This document shows positions 28,387-36,863 of a DNA stretch of 64,000 bases, in pieces. Both the position numbers and the translations under genes were made by a program. The DNA is from Micavibrio sp. (lineage in GTDB: Bacteria > Pseudomonadota > Alphaproteobacteria > Micavibrionales > UBA9664), in the NCBI GenBank assembly GCA_002699085.1, contig PAAR01000004.1, forward strand, positions 14,839-78,838, read 5' to 3'. The notes below the pieces were generated by a model that did not search any database, was not told the origin of the DNA, and saw only the letters and a program-made list of their open reading frames with translations. How positions within the stretch are numbered: position 1 is the stretch's first letter; each line of letters starts with the position of its first letter.

Positions 28387-30267
28387 GTGAACAGTTTTGC
28401 TAAGAATGCGCTGCTATGGGTTGGTATTTTAATCCTTATCGGCTTTTTGATGAATGTATTTCAACAATCTAATAATACAGGAAGCTCGACAGTTAGCCTT
28501 GCCTATAGCGAGTTTATGAATAACGCTAAACAAGGCGATATCTCTGAGGTTGTGATCGCTAATCAACAAATTAACGGCACAATGAATGATGGTACAAAGT
28601 TTAAAACTGTTATTCCTGAAGGTGAAAATGTTGTCGACCGTATTAATGATACAGGTGTCCGTATTGTTGCTGAAGTCGTTAATCCAAATGAAGTAACCCC
28701 TTTAAGCATGTTACTGTCATGGTTTCCCATGCTTTTATTTATTGGTGTATGGATTTTCTTCATGCGCCAGATGCAAGGTAAAGGTGGCGGCGGTGCGCTT
28801 GGTTTTGGTAAGTCTAAAGCCAAGCTTTTAAGTGAAAAATCAGGTCGTGTAACCTTTGATGATGTCGCTGGGATCGAAGAAGCAAAACAGGAGTTAGAAG
28901 AAGTTGTTGAGTTCTTGAAAGATCCGCAAAAGTTTCAAAAACTGGGCGGTAAAATCCCTAAAGGTGTTTTGCTTATTGGCCCTCCAGGTACAGGTAAAAC
29001 ATTGACTGCTCGTGCTGTTGCAGGAGAGGCGGATGTGCCTTTCTTCACAATATCTGGTTCTGATTTCGTTGAAATGTTTGTCGGTGTCGGTGCAAGCCGT
29101 GTCCGTGATATGTTTGAACAAGGCAAGAAAAATGCCCCATGTATCATCTTTATTGATGAGATCGATGCTGTGGGTCGCCAACGTGGCGCAGGTCTTGGCG
29201 GTGGTAATGATGAGCGTGAGCAAACGCTGAACCAACTCCTTGTTGAGATGGACGGTTTTGAGGTTAATGAAGGCGTTATTCTGATTGCGGCAACCAACAG
29301 ACCTGATGTTTTGGATCCAGCCTTACTGCGTCCAGGTCGTTTTGACCGCCAAGTGGTGGTGCCGAACCCAGATATTAATGGTCGTGAGAAAATTCTTAAG
29401 GTGCATTTGAAGAAAGTACCAATGGCGGAAAATGTCGATCCAAAAGTGATTGCTCGTGGTACACCGGGTTTTTCTGGTGCGGATTTAGCCAATATCGTTA
29501 ATGAAGCCGCCCTTATTGCGGCACGTCGTAATAAAGACCAGGTTGGTCAAGCTGAATTAGAAGAAGCTAAAGATAAGATTATGATGGGTGCTGAGCGTCG
29601 CTCTATGGTGATGACCGACAAAGAAAAGAATCTGACGGCATACCATGAGGCAGGACACGCGATTGTTGCGTTGAACGAGCCTGAATCTGATCCAATCCAC
29701 AAGGCAACGATTGTCCCTCGTGGGCGTGCTTTGGGGCTTGTTATGCGTTTGCCAGAGGGTGATCGTATCTCTATGGCACGTGATAAAATTGAAGCTGATT
29801 TATCTGTGGCTATGGGCGGTCGTATTGCCGAAGAACTTATTTTTGGCCGTGAGAAAGTGACAACAGGAGCATCAAGCGATATTAAAATGGCAACTGATAC
29901 AGCACGTCGCATGGTCACTGAATGGGGCATGTCTGATGTTTTAGGGCCTCTACGTTATGGGGCGGATCAAGAAGAAGTGTTTTTGGGCCATTCTGTGGCG
30001 CAGACTAAGAATATCTCTGATGATACAGCGGCCAAGATTGATTCAGAAATCCGCAAAATTGTGGAGGATTCATACAAGCGGGCGACCAAAATCTTGAAAG
30101 ATAAGATGGATGATCTGCATAAACTCGCTAAGGGTTTACTTGAGTATGAAACTCTCAGCGGTGATGAAATTAAAGATGTGCTTAAAGGTAAAAAGATTAT
30201 CCGTGAAGACAGTAATGGCGATGATTTACCTAAAAAACCAGGTGCCTCAGTCCCTAAAACAGCTTAA
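28387..30267 (+). CDS. ftsH: ATP-dependent zinc metalloprotease FtsH
   Basis: Two N-terminal TM helices, Walker [12 protein letters not shown] region and HEAGHAIV zinc site. GTG start. Confidence 0.95.
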   Translation: MNSFAKNALLWVGILILIGFLMNVFQQSNNTGSSTVSLAYSEFMNNAKQGDISEVVIANQQINGTMNDGTKFKTVIPEGENVVDRINDTGVRIVAEVVNPNEVTPLSMLLSWFPMLLFIGVWIFFMRQMQGKGGGGALGFGKSKAKLLSEKSGRVTFDDVAGIEEAKQELEEVVEFLKDPQKFQKLGGKIPKGVLLIGPPGTGKTLTARAVAGEADVPFFTISGSDFVEMFVGVGASRVRDMFEQGKKNAPCIIFIDEIDAVGRQRGAGLGGGNDEREQTLNQLLVEMDGFEVNEGVILIAATNRPDVLDPALLRPGRFDRQVVVPNPDINGREKILKVHLKKVPMAENVDPKVIARGTPGFSGADLANIVNEAALIAARRNKDQVGQAELEEAKDKIMMGAERRSMVMTDKEKNLTAYHEAGHAIVALNEPESDPIHKATIVPRGRALGLVMRLPEGDRISMARDKIEADLSVAMGGRIAEELIFGREKVTTGASSDIKMATDTARRMVTEWGMSDVLGPLRYGADQEEVFLGHSVAQTKNISDDTAAKIDSEIRKIVEDSYKRATKILKDKMDDLHKLAKGLLEYETLSGDEIKDVLKGKKIIREDSNGDDLPKKPGASVPKTA

Positions 30268-30275
30268 CAGTCGCT

Positions 30276-30860
30276 CTAGCAAGGTTTGTAAACGGTAATT
30301 CTTTGACCGTCTACTACTTTTGTTTCTTGTTTTTCACAAGTAGGCTTAGCTGTTCTTGTTTTGAAATATTCTATGATATTTGTAAGTGAAATGCCGTTTT
30401 CTTCGAGTTCTAAACGCATTTGCTCATTTAAAGCAGGGTCATCGGCATTTTCTAAGGCATCGCTAATAGCTTTTGCAGCTGTTAGTTTCTGCTCTTCATT
30501 TTGAGAATTCCAGCCTTGAATTGTAACATCGGCTATAAGCTGATTTTCTTTACAATCTATATTTGCAACCTGACCTGCGGCAGGGATATATGTTGTTTGA
30601 CCAGTTGGTACGCTATCTACAATTTTGCCTTTGGCATTGACGACATCTTTTGTGACAATCACTAATCGTTCAACCATACATGTTTCTGGATTAACGCGCT
30701 CTAAAGGAAGAGTTGTACCATTATCGGCTCTTTCTGTTGTAGGCTGTACCGAATAAGTTGTCGTTGTTGGTGCGGTAGCACAAGCGCCTGCGCTAATGGG
30801 TAATATAAGCCCCATCATTGCATAATGAAAAGATTTTCTTGAAGATTGTGCAGTCATCAT
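30276..30860 (-). CDS. hypothetical lipoprotein (194 aa, 4 mature Cys)
   Basis: Lipobox PISAGAC. No recognisable family. Its stop lies 8 nt from the ftsH stop. Confidence 0.55.
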   Translation of the reverse strand: MMTAQSSRKSFHYAMMGLILPISAGACATAPTTTTYSVQPTTERADNGTTLPLERVNPETCMVERLVIVTKDVVNAKGKIVDSVPTGQTTYIPAAGQVANIDCKENQLIADVTIQGWNSQNEEQKLTAAKAISDALENADDPALNEQMRLELEENGISLTNIIEYFKTRTAKPTCEKQETKVVDGQRITVYKPC

Positions 30861-30888
30861 TTTATTCCTGTTAATTAATGTTGGGATA

Positions 30889-30916
30889 TATTTACATAAT
30901 ATTATTATAATGTCAA
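30889..30916 (-). promoter_or_regulatory. candidate sigma70-type promoter for the 30276-30860 lipoprotein gene
   Basis: Minus strand has TTGACA (30916-30911), a 16-nt spacer and TAAATA (30894-30889), immediately after the upstream terminator. Confidence 0.3.
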
Positions 30917-30952
30917 GAAAAAAGGAGGGCTGATTTTATTCAGCCCTCCTTT
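30917..30952 (-). terminator. intrinsic terminator after the 303-aa secreted-protein gene
   Basis: AAAGGAGGGCTGA-ttttat-TCAGCCCTCCTTT. On the minus strand the stem is followed by TTTTTTC. Confidence 0.6.
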
Positions 30953-30973
30953 TATATAAATAAGTGTAATTAT

Positions 30974-31885
30974 TTAAAGACCTAGCTTCGATTTCGGTAA
31001 CCAAGTGCAGCCAGCCGTTGTCAAATCATATTTGACTGTATTGCTGTCATCAGGCCAAGCGCAAACTTCTTCAACGCCATTTTGTACACGATCAAAATCT
31101 TTCATATCAGGCGTACATACTTTGCCTAGAACCATGTCATTAGCAACTGTACCGCTGATAACGCCGCCATCTACCATAGTGATAGTACAAGCAGATGTGT
31201 CATTAAAAGCATATGTTGGTACTGTAGGTGTTGCTGAATATGCTTGAGGCTGGTAGGTAGGTGCATCTTTATATACATAAACTGTTTCAGTAACAACTTC
31301 TGGCTCTGCTTGTGCGCCTTGTTGCGGACAGCTACCTGTTAGATTAACATCGTTGATACCTTTTTTAGCTAAAATACCACCAAGAATAGTACCGCCTGCG
31401 CAGGCTTTTTCTTCTGGGGCCATTGCATCAAAACCTGTTTTAGCAACATCAATTACAAGGCTATCTTCAACATTTTGTACACATAGCGCTCGTTTTTCGG
31501 CATCATTTTTAACTTCAGTGCTAGCGTGAGCACCTGATGTGTAATTAAAAATAGGTGTGCCAAAAATATCTTCCTGCTCAGAAACTGTTTTTAACATACA
31601 TGCAGAAATAGGATCTAATCCTTGTGCATTATATGATAAGGCAGGCGCACTCGTAGAAACCCCACCATTGGCAAAGCCAAGAGCAGTTGTTTTATTTGTT
31701 AGCTTTTGTTGTTGTTGCTGTTGCTGGCTTAAAGCATTGTCAATATCTATACCAGGTGTTTCTGGTGTAACAACTGGTGGACAAGGAGCGCTTGTGCTAG
31801 GGTCACCGCAAACTTGGGCAAAGGCAGCTGTTGCGATTGCTGAAGCGCCAAGCGTTAGAACTGTTAATTTTTTTGATACTGACAT
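30974..31885 (-). CDS. hypothetical secreted Cys-rich protein with an N-proximal poly-Gln tract (303 aa)
   Basis: Signal peptide MSVSKKLTVLTLGASAIATAAFA. About ten Cys spread over the mature part. Q7 run. No recognisable family. Confidence 0.55.
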   Translation of the reverse strand: MSVSKKLTVLTLGASAIATAAFAQVCGDPSTSAPCPPVVTPETPGIDIDNALSQQQQQQQKLTNKTTALGFANGGVSTSAPALSYNAQGLDPISACMLKTVSEQEDIFGTPIFNYTSGAHASTEVKNDAEKRALCVQNVEDSLVIDVAKTGFDAMAPEEKACAGGTILGGILAKKGINDVNLTGSCPQQGAQAEPEVVTETVYVYKDAPTYQPQAYSATPTVPTYAFNDTSACTITMVDGGVISGTVANDMVLGKVCTPDMKDFDRVQNGVEEVCAWPDDSNTVKYDLTTAGCTWLPKSKLGL

Positions 31886-32231
31886 TTTACATTCTCCTAA
31901 TTGTTTATGTAAAGTTAAATCTGTTTCGTGGCGTAGTTATGACATATCTAAATTTTTCTGTCAAACAAAAAGTTATGAAAAATAAAAATAATATTTTTTA
32001 TGCTTTATTCCCTATATATATAAGTATAAGTCACAAAAATCCAGCTTTAAAATATGACGTATTTATTTTTCATAAAAAGTTTGCGTTTTGTTGTTTCTTG
32101 GTATATAAATGAGGTTGAAATTAATAGAAGGCTTATATATCAAGAGACGAAGTCGTAAAATATTTGCATTTTTTACATACTCTTATTACATTGGCCAACA
32201 TAACGACAACAAAAGATAGCTTTTAGTAAAT

Positions 32232-33662
32232 ATGTCACAAGTACAGCAAGAGACTAATCATAGACACGATGCTTTTTGGGCACATGCTCAGGCGGCAGCT
32301 AAATCTGTGACTCCAACTAAACCTGTGAAGCCAACGCTCGTGAATGCCATTGGCGAAGATGATTATACTGATGCAGATTATACTGATATACCACCCTCAA
32401 CGGCGACTGAAGAATTTGAAGCCGCGGAAAAAGGTTATAAGTGGTTTGGCTTAAAAAGAAGCACATGGGCTAATCTTATCATAAGTTCCACGCTTGTTGC
32501 TTTGGCAGGTTGGAATATTGATAAGTTGGACAATATGTCTAAAGCGTTGTTCACATCAGGGAGTGATAGTGTTGAAGATACAGCGGCATCACCTGTAGAA
32601 AAAGTTGAAATTCAGGGGGCTAAAATCACTCAAACCGCTTCTGGCGATTTAGAAGTTATTGTTAATCCAGCTGCAACGGTAGATTCTGGCGTAAGTGAGG
32701 CACAAGATTCTGATTTTCAGGGTGCTGATGTAAGTCCTTTGGATAAGGTCGCTCAAATGGTGGCTGCTGCAAATAACCCTATTTTAGAGCAAGAATTAGA
32801 GGCCGCTTATAGTAATGATCCTTGGGGGAAACATAATCTAGCTTATTATATGTCATTTGAAATGCATGGTCTGACATTGGACAAGCAACTTGTCTTGGAC
32901 TTATATGCTGAAGCGGCTGCTCAAGACCATCAGCCATCTATAGATAATTATGCCGTGTTGAGCGATATGTGGGATATGACATCCTCATATTATGATAATT
33001 CAGTATATGTAGAAGAATATGAGGAAGAAACTGCTGTGGTCTCTGTGGCAGAAGATTTACCTCAGGTTCGTGAAGTTCCTCAGGCTGATTACGCTAAGGC
33101 AAATCCTTCTGATGTATTGGCTGAAGGGTTGAAGCCATTAAGCGTTTATCAGCAAGTCGTTGCTGATTATCCAGATGCGCCTACATATGTTTTTAGCTAT
33201 GATGTTGCCACACAAAAAATTTCGAAAAATCTAGCTTTTGGTGATTTAGCTAACCATGAGCGTTTTAACATTATTTTCGAAGATGGTCTGGGTAATACGC
33301 ATGCTTTTGTAGGGCAGGCTTATAATAGTGATTATCTTTTGTATCCAGATGTTTTCTTAAGAGATTTGATCGTTTCAAAAGATATATTCCTATATGAGCC
33401 AGTTCTCACGGCCAAAGTAATAGATGATTCCTATATGATGGCTGACATTGGTGGCGGCATAAATTACGCCGCAGATGATTATTCAGTCAATACCGATTTC
33501 AAAGTTGTTTCAGAGGGTTCTGCCGCTTCACAAGAAGCGCAAACAGCTGCAGCAGCAATACCTATGTTCGAATGTATTGATTATACATGTGATAATAGTC
33601 TGTCTGAAACAGATTTTCGCGTGGCAGAGCAGTTACGTGCACCATCACCATCGAATTCATAA
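32232..33662 (+). CDS. hypothetical single-pass membrane protein, acidic, with one Sel1-like segment (476 aa)
   Basis: One TM helix (WANLIISSTLVALAGW) after ~75 cytoplasmic residues. NDPWGKHNLAYYMSFEMHGLTLDKQLVLDLYAEAAAQDHQPS loosely resembles a Sel1 repeat. No obvious SD at the ATG. Confidence 0.45.
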   Translation: MSQVQQETNHRHDAFWAHAQAAAKSVTPTKPVKPTLVNAIGEDDYTDADYTDIPPSTATEEFEAAEKGYKWFGLKRSTWANLIISSTLVALAGWNIDKLDNMSKALFTSGSDSVEDTAASPVEKVEIQGAKITQTASGDLEVIVNPAATVDSGVSEAQDSDFQGADVSPLDKVAQMVAAANNPILEQELEAAYSNDPWGKHNLAYYMSFEMHGLTLDKQLVLDLYAEAAAQDHQPSIDNYAVLSDMWDMTSSYYDNSVYVEEYEEETAVVSVAEDLPQVREVPQADYAKANPSDVLAEGLKPLSVYQQVVADYPDAPTYVFSYDVATQKISKNLAFGDLANHERFNIIFEDGLGNTHAFVGQAYNSDYLLYPDVFLRDLIVSKDIFLYEPVLTAKVIDDSYMMADIGGGINYAADDYSVNTDFKVVSEGSAASQEAQTAAAAIPMFECIDYTCDNSLSETDFRVAEQLRAPSPSNS

Positions 33663-33704
33663 ACATTACTGGTTTAAGGCTTTGAGTTCGGCTATTATTT
33701 TATC

Positions 33705-35066
33705 ATGAAGAGACAGTTTTTTGGAACGGATGGTATTCGTGGTCGGGCAAATCAATTCCCGATGACCGTTGATATGGCACAAAAGGTCGCTATTGCAGCA
33801 GCACATGTTCTTAAAACCCATGAAACACATGCCCGTGTCGTAATTGGTAAAGATACACGCCGTTCTTGCTATATGTTGGAGCAAGCCATGGCCTCTGGCT
33901 TTCTGGCGATGGGTATGGAGGTATTGTTTTTAGGTCCTTTGCCGACACCTGCTGTAGCGTCTTTGACACGGTCGATGCGTGCGGATTTAGGTGTAATGAT
34001 ATCGGCCTCGCATAATCCTTACAATGACAATGGTATCAAGCTTTTTGGTGCGGATGGCTATAAATTGTCAGATGATAAAGAACTAGAAATTGAAGCATTG
34101 CTTGCTAAAGATGACTTGATGTCACTTTATGTAGCGCCTGAGCAAGTTGGGAAAGCAAAACGCTTAGAGGATGCTTCTGGGCGCTATGTCGAGGCTGTTA
34201 AAAGTACATTTCCTAAAGACTTAACGCTTTCAGGCTTAAAGATTGTTGTCGATTGCGCCAATGGTGCGGCCTATAAGGTGGCGCCGCAGGTGCTTTGGGA
34301 GCTTGAGGCGAAGGTAATTCCAATTGCTGTCAACCCAAATGGCCAAAATATTAATGATGATTGTGGCGCTGTGCATACCGAAAATCTACAAAAGACCGTC
34401 ATTGAGCAAGGGGCGGATATTGGTATCGCTCTTGATGGAGATGCAGATCGTTTGATCGTTGTTGACGAAAAAGGTAAACGTGTCGATGGCGACCAGCTTA
34501 TGGGCGCATTAGCCTTGTTTTTGAGCGAGAAAGCGATGTTACGCCAAGATACCTTGGTGGCAACAGTGATGTCGAATTTAGGCTTGGAACGAGCTCTTCA
34601 AAAATACGGTATTCGCTTGATTAGAACGGCTGTAGGAGACCGCTATGTGATGGAGGCGATGTCTGAACAGGGTGCTAGCCTAGGTGGTGAGCAATCTGGG
34701 CATATCATTTTATCGGATTATGCCACTACGGGAGATGGTTTATTGGCGGCGTTACAAATATTGGCACTTATTAAAACCAAAGGGTTGAAAGCATCAGAGG
34801 TATTGCGTGTATTTGAGCCTGTGCCACAAATACTTGAGAATCTTGTCTATGATCCAAAAGAGCCAGCTCCTTTAGAAAAGGACGTTGTAAAGCAGCTTTT
34901 TTCTCATGCTGAAGAGGATTTATTGAAATTAAATGGCCGATTGCTGGTTCGGGTGTCAGGAACTGAGCCTAAAATCAGAGTGATGGCAGAGGCTGATGAT
35001 AGTCGGGCTCTAGCCGATTTGATGCAGGATTTGATGGCAAAATTAAAGACCGCTTTAGTGGCATAA
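33705..35066 (+). CDS. glmM: phosphoglucosamine mutase
   Basis: FGTDGIRG, active-site ISASHNPYNDNGIK, metal site ALDGDADR and GEQSGH. Confidence 0.95.
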   Translation: MKRQFFGTDGIRGRANQFPMTVDMAQKVAIAAAHVLKTHETHARVVIGKDTRRSCYMLEQAMASGFLAMGMEVLFLGPLPTPAVASLTRSMRADLGVMISASHNPYNDNGIKLFGADGYKLSDDKELEIEALLAKDDLMSLYVAPEQVGKAKRLEDASGRYVEAVKSTFPKDLTLSGLKIVVDCANGAAYKVAPQVLWELEAKVIPIAVNPNGQNINDDCGAVHTENLQKTVIEQGADIGIALDGDADRLIVVDEKGKRVDGDQLMGALALFLSEKAMLRQDTLVATVMSNLGLERALQKYGIRLIRTAVGDRYVMEAMSEQGASLGGEQSGHIILSDYATTGDGLLAALQILALIKTKGLKASEVLRVFEPVPQILENLVYDPKEPAPLEKDVVKQLFSHAEEDLLKLNGRLLVRVSGTEPKIRVMAEADDSRALADLMQDLMAKLKTALVA

Positions 35067-35082
35067 TAGTTGCACTAAAAGT

Positions 35083-35112
35083 TTGAATTTTGTGAATGCT
35101 TTGTGGTATTAT
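35083..35112 (+). promoter_or_regulatory. candidate sigma70 promoter with extended -10 for the ankyrin gene
   Basis: TTGAAT (35083-35088), an 18-nt spacer ending in TGG, then TATTAT (35107-35112). It covers the GTG at 35103 that the ORF track uses as a start. Confidence 0.35.
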
Positions 35113-35141
35113 GCAAAAATAATAACGATAAGGATAGCGTG

Positions 35142-35420
35142 ATGATCGATATGGAATTGCAGAAAGAGCTATGGAATGCCGCTGAAATAGGTGATTTGGC
35201 AGCAATTCGTATGGCGGTCGTCAAAGGTGCCGATGTTGAAATGCGTGATGAAAAAGAACGATCAGCAATTAATATTGCTAGTCAACATGGTCAAGCGAAT
35301 GCGCTTTCTACGTTATTGGCGGCTAAGGCAATGGCTCGTTTAGAGCGTTATAACCTGCCATTGGCACCTGTTAAAAACCCTGAAGAAGTTATTGAGCGCG
35401 CTTCAAAGAAATCTGCCTAA
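35142..35420 (+). CDS. small ankyrin-repeat protein (~92 aa)
   Basis: LWNAAEIGDLAAIRMAVVKGADVEMRDEKERSAINIASQHGQANALSTLL gives two ankyrin-type helix-turn-helix units. ATG at 35142 lies 7 nt after AAGGA. Confidence 0.65.
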   Translation: MIDMELQKELWNAAEIGDLAAIRMAVVKGADVEMRDEKERSAINIASQHGQANALSTLLAAKAMARLERYNLPLAPVKNPEEVIERASKKSA

Positions 35421-35504
35421 AAGGCTTATTATCTATTTGCCTATCTGTCTTATTCTTCCTACACTGAGCCACGTGTTAAACGTAGCAAGTGGAGTTTCCA
35501 AAAT

Positions 35505-36791
35505 ATGTCGAATGTAGTTGTTGTCGGTTCTCAATGGGGTGATGAGGGCAAAGGGAAGATTGTTGATTATTTATCAGAGCAAGCGGATATGGTGGTGCGC
35601 TTTCAAGGTGGCCATAATGCAGGTCATACATTGGTTATTGATGGAAAAGTCTATAAATTAAATTTGCTTCCTTCCGGCGTTGTTCGTGGTGGTAAAGTAT
35701 CGATTATTGGCAATGGTGTTGTCATTGATCCTTGGGCGTTGATGAGTGAGATTGAGACAGTTTCTGCTGTAGGCATAAAAATAAGCCCTGAGAATCTTCG
35801 TATTGCTGATAATGCGCATATTATCTTGCCGACGCATCGTGAAATTGATGGTGCTTTAGAAAATGCACGAGGAAAAGGTCAGATAGGTACGACAAAGCGT
35901 GGTATTGGTCCAACCTATGAAGACAAGGTCGCCCGTCGTGGTATCCGTGTTTGTGATTTGGCTGAGCCTGATACTTTGAAGGAAAAATTAGAGGCGATCA
36001 TGTTGCATCATAATGCTCTGTTAAAAGGCCTTGGTGCTGCCGAAATTGATGGCGATAAAGTGTATAAAGATATCATGGAGATTGCACCTAAGATCTTGCA
36101 ATTCAGAACAGTCGGGTGGCGTGATCTTGATGTGGCGATAAAAGAGCATAAAAAGATCCTTTTTGAGGGCGCGCAGGGTGCTTTATTGGATGTCGACCAT
36201 GGTACATACCCTTATGTCACTTCATCAAATACAGCGGCTGGACAGGCGGCTGTGGGAACAGGTATTGGGCCAACAAGCCTTAATTATGTTCTGGGTCTTG
36301 CAAAAGCTTATACAACGCGCGTGGGATCTGGGCCATTTCCAACAGAATTAGAAGATGAAATTGGCCAGCGTTTGGGCGAAGTGGGTAAGGAATTTGGGAC
36401 GAATACAGGCCGTAAACGTCGTTGTGGTTGGTTTGATGCGTGTTTGGTGCGGCAATCGGTAAAAATTGGCGGTATTACGGGCATAGCCCTTACAAAACTT
36501 GATGTTTTGGACGGATTTGATGAAATCAAGATATGCGTTGGTTACGAACTTGATGGTGAGATTATTGATTATTTACCTTCTGGTAAAGAAGCGCAAGCAA
36601 GGGTTACGCCTGTTTATGAGACTTTGCAGGGATGGCAAGATAGCACTTATGGTGCCCGCAGCTGGGTTGATTTGCCTGCAACGGCCATCAAATACGTTAA
36701 ACGTATTGAGGAGCTTGTGGAGTGCCCTGTGGCATTGCTCTCTACCTCTCCTGAGCGTGAAGACGTTATCGTGATGCATTCATTCTTCTAA
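35505..36791 (+). CDS. purA: adenylosuccinate synthetase
   Basis: [15 protein letters not shown]-loop, GGHNAGHT and [14 protein letters not shown]. Confidence 0.95.
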   Translation: MSNVVVVGSQWGDEGKGKIVDYLSEQADMVVRFQGGHNAGHTLVIDGKVYKLNLLPSGVVRGGKVSIIGNGVVIDPWALMSEIETVSAVGIKISPENLRIADNAHIILPTHREIDGALENARGKGQIGTTKRGIGPTYEDKVARRGIRVCDLAEPDTLKEKLEAIMLHHNALLKGLGAAEIDGDKVYKDIMEIAPKILQFRTVGWRDLDVAIKEHKKILFEGAQGALLDVDHGTYPYVTSSNTAAGQAAVGTGIGPTSLNYVLGLAKAYTTRVGSGPFPTELEDEIGQRLGEVGKEFGTNTGRKRRCGWFDACLVRQSVKIGGITGIALTKLDVLDGFDEIKICVGYELDGEIIDYLPSGKEAQARVTPVYETLQGWQDSTYGARSWVDLPATAIKYVKRIEELVECPVALLSTSPEREDVIVMHSFF

Positions 36792-36863
36792 AATTTTGTC
36801 TGTTTGCGTTTCAGGGCGGATCAATTACACTGTTTATTTAGAAAATAAGTGTAGAATTGAATA

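Noticed and set aside
28563-29930. Several long antisense ORFs inside ftsH: 28563-28823, 28894-29235, 28935-29492 (185 aa) and 29547-29930.
   Set aside because: The plus-strand frame encodes a textbook FtsH with all motifs. The antisense products are Pro/Ser/Arg/Thr-rich low-complexity strings with no start signals, as expected for stop-poor antisense frames.
31557-31985. A 142-aa plus-strand ORF containing a striking CCCCCC run.
   Set aside because: The Cys run is simply the antisense, frame-shifted reading of the CAA/CAG poly-Gln tract of the minus-strand secreted-protein gene. That gene has a proper signal peptide and terminator.
32110-32220. A 36-codon ORF (MRLKLIEGLYIKRRSRKIF...) in the AT-rich divergent spacer of the ftsH-glmM insertion.
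   Set aside because: No SD. AT-rich spacers readily give short ORFs by chance. Nothing in its sequence is recognisable.
30268-33704. The ftsH-glmM insertion considered as a mobile element or genomic island with defined ends.
   Set aside because: No integrase, transposase, tRNA target or flanking direct or inverted repeats could be found by eye. It is kept only as a lineage-specific insertion hypothesis.
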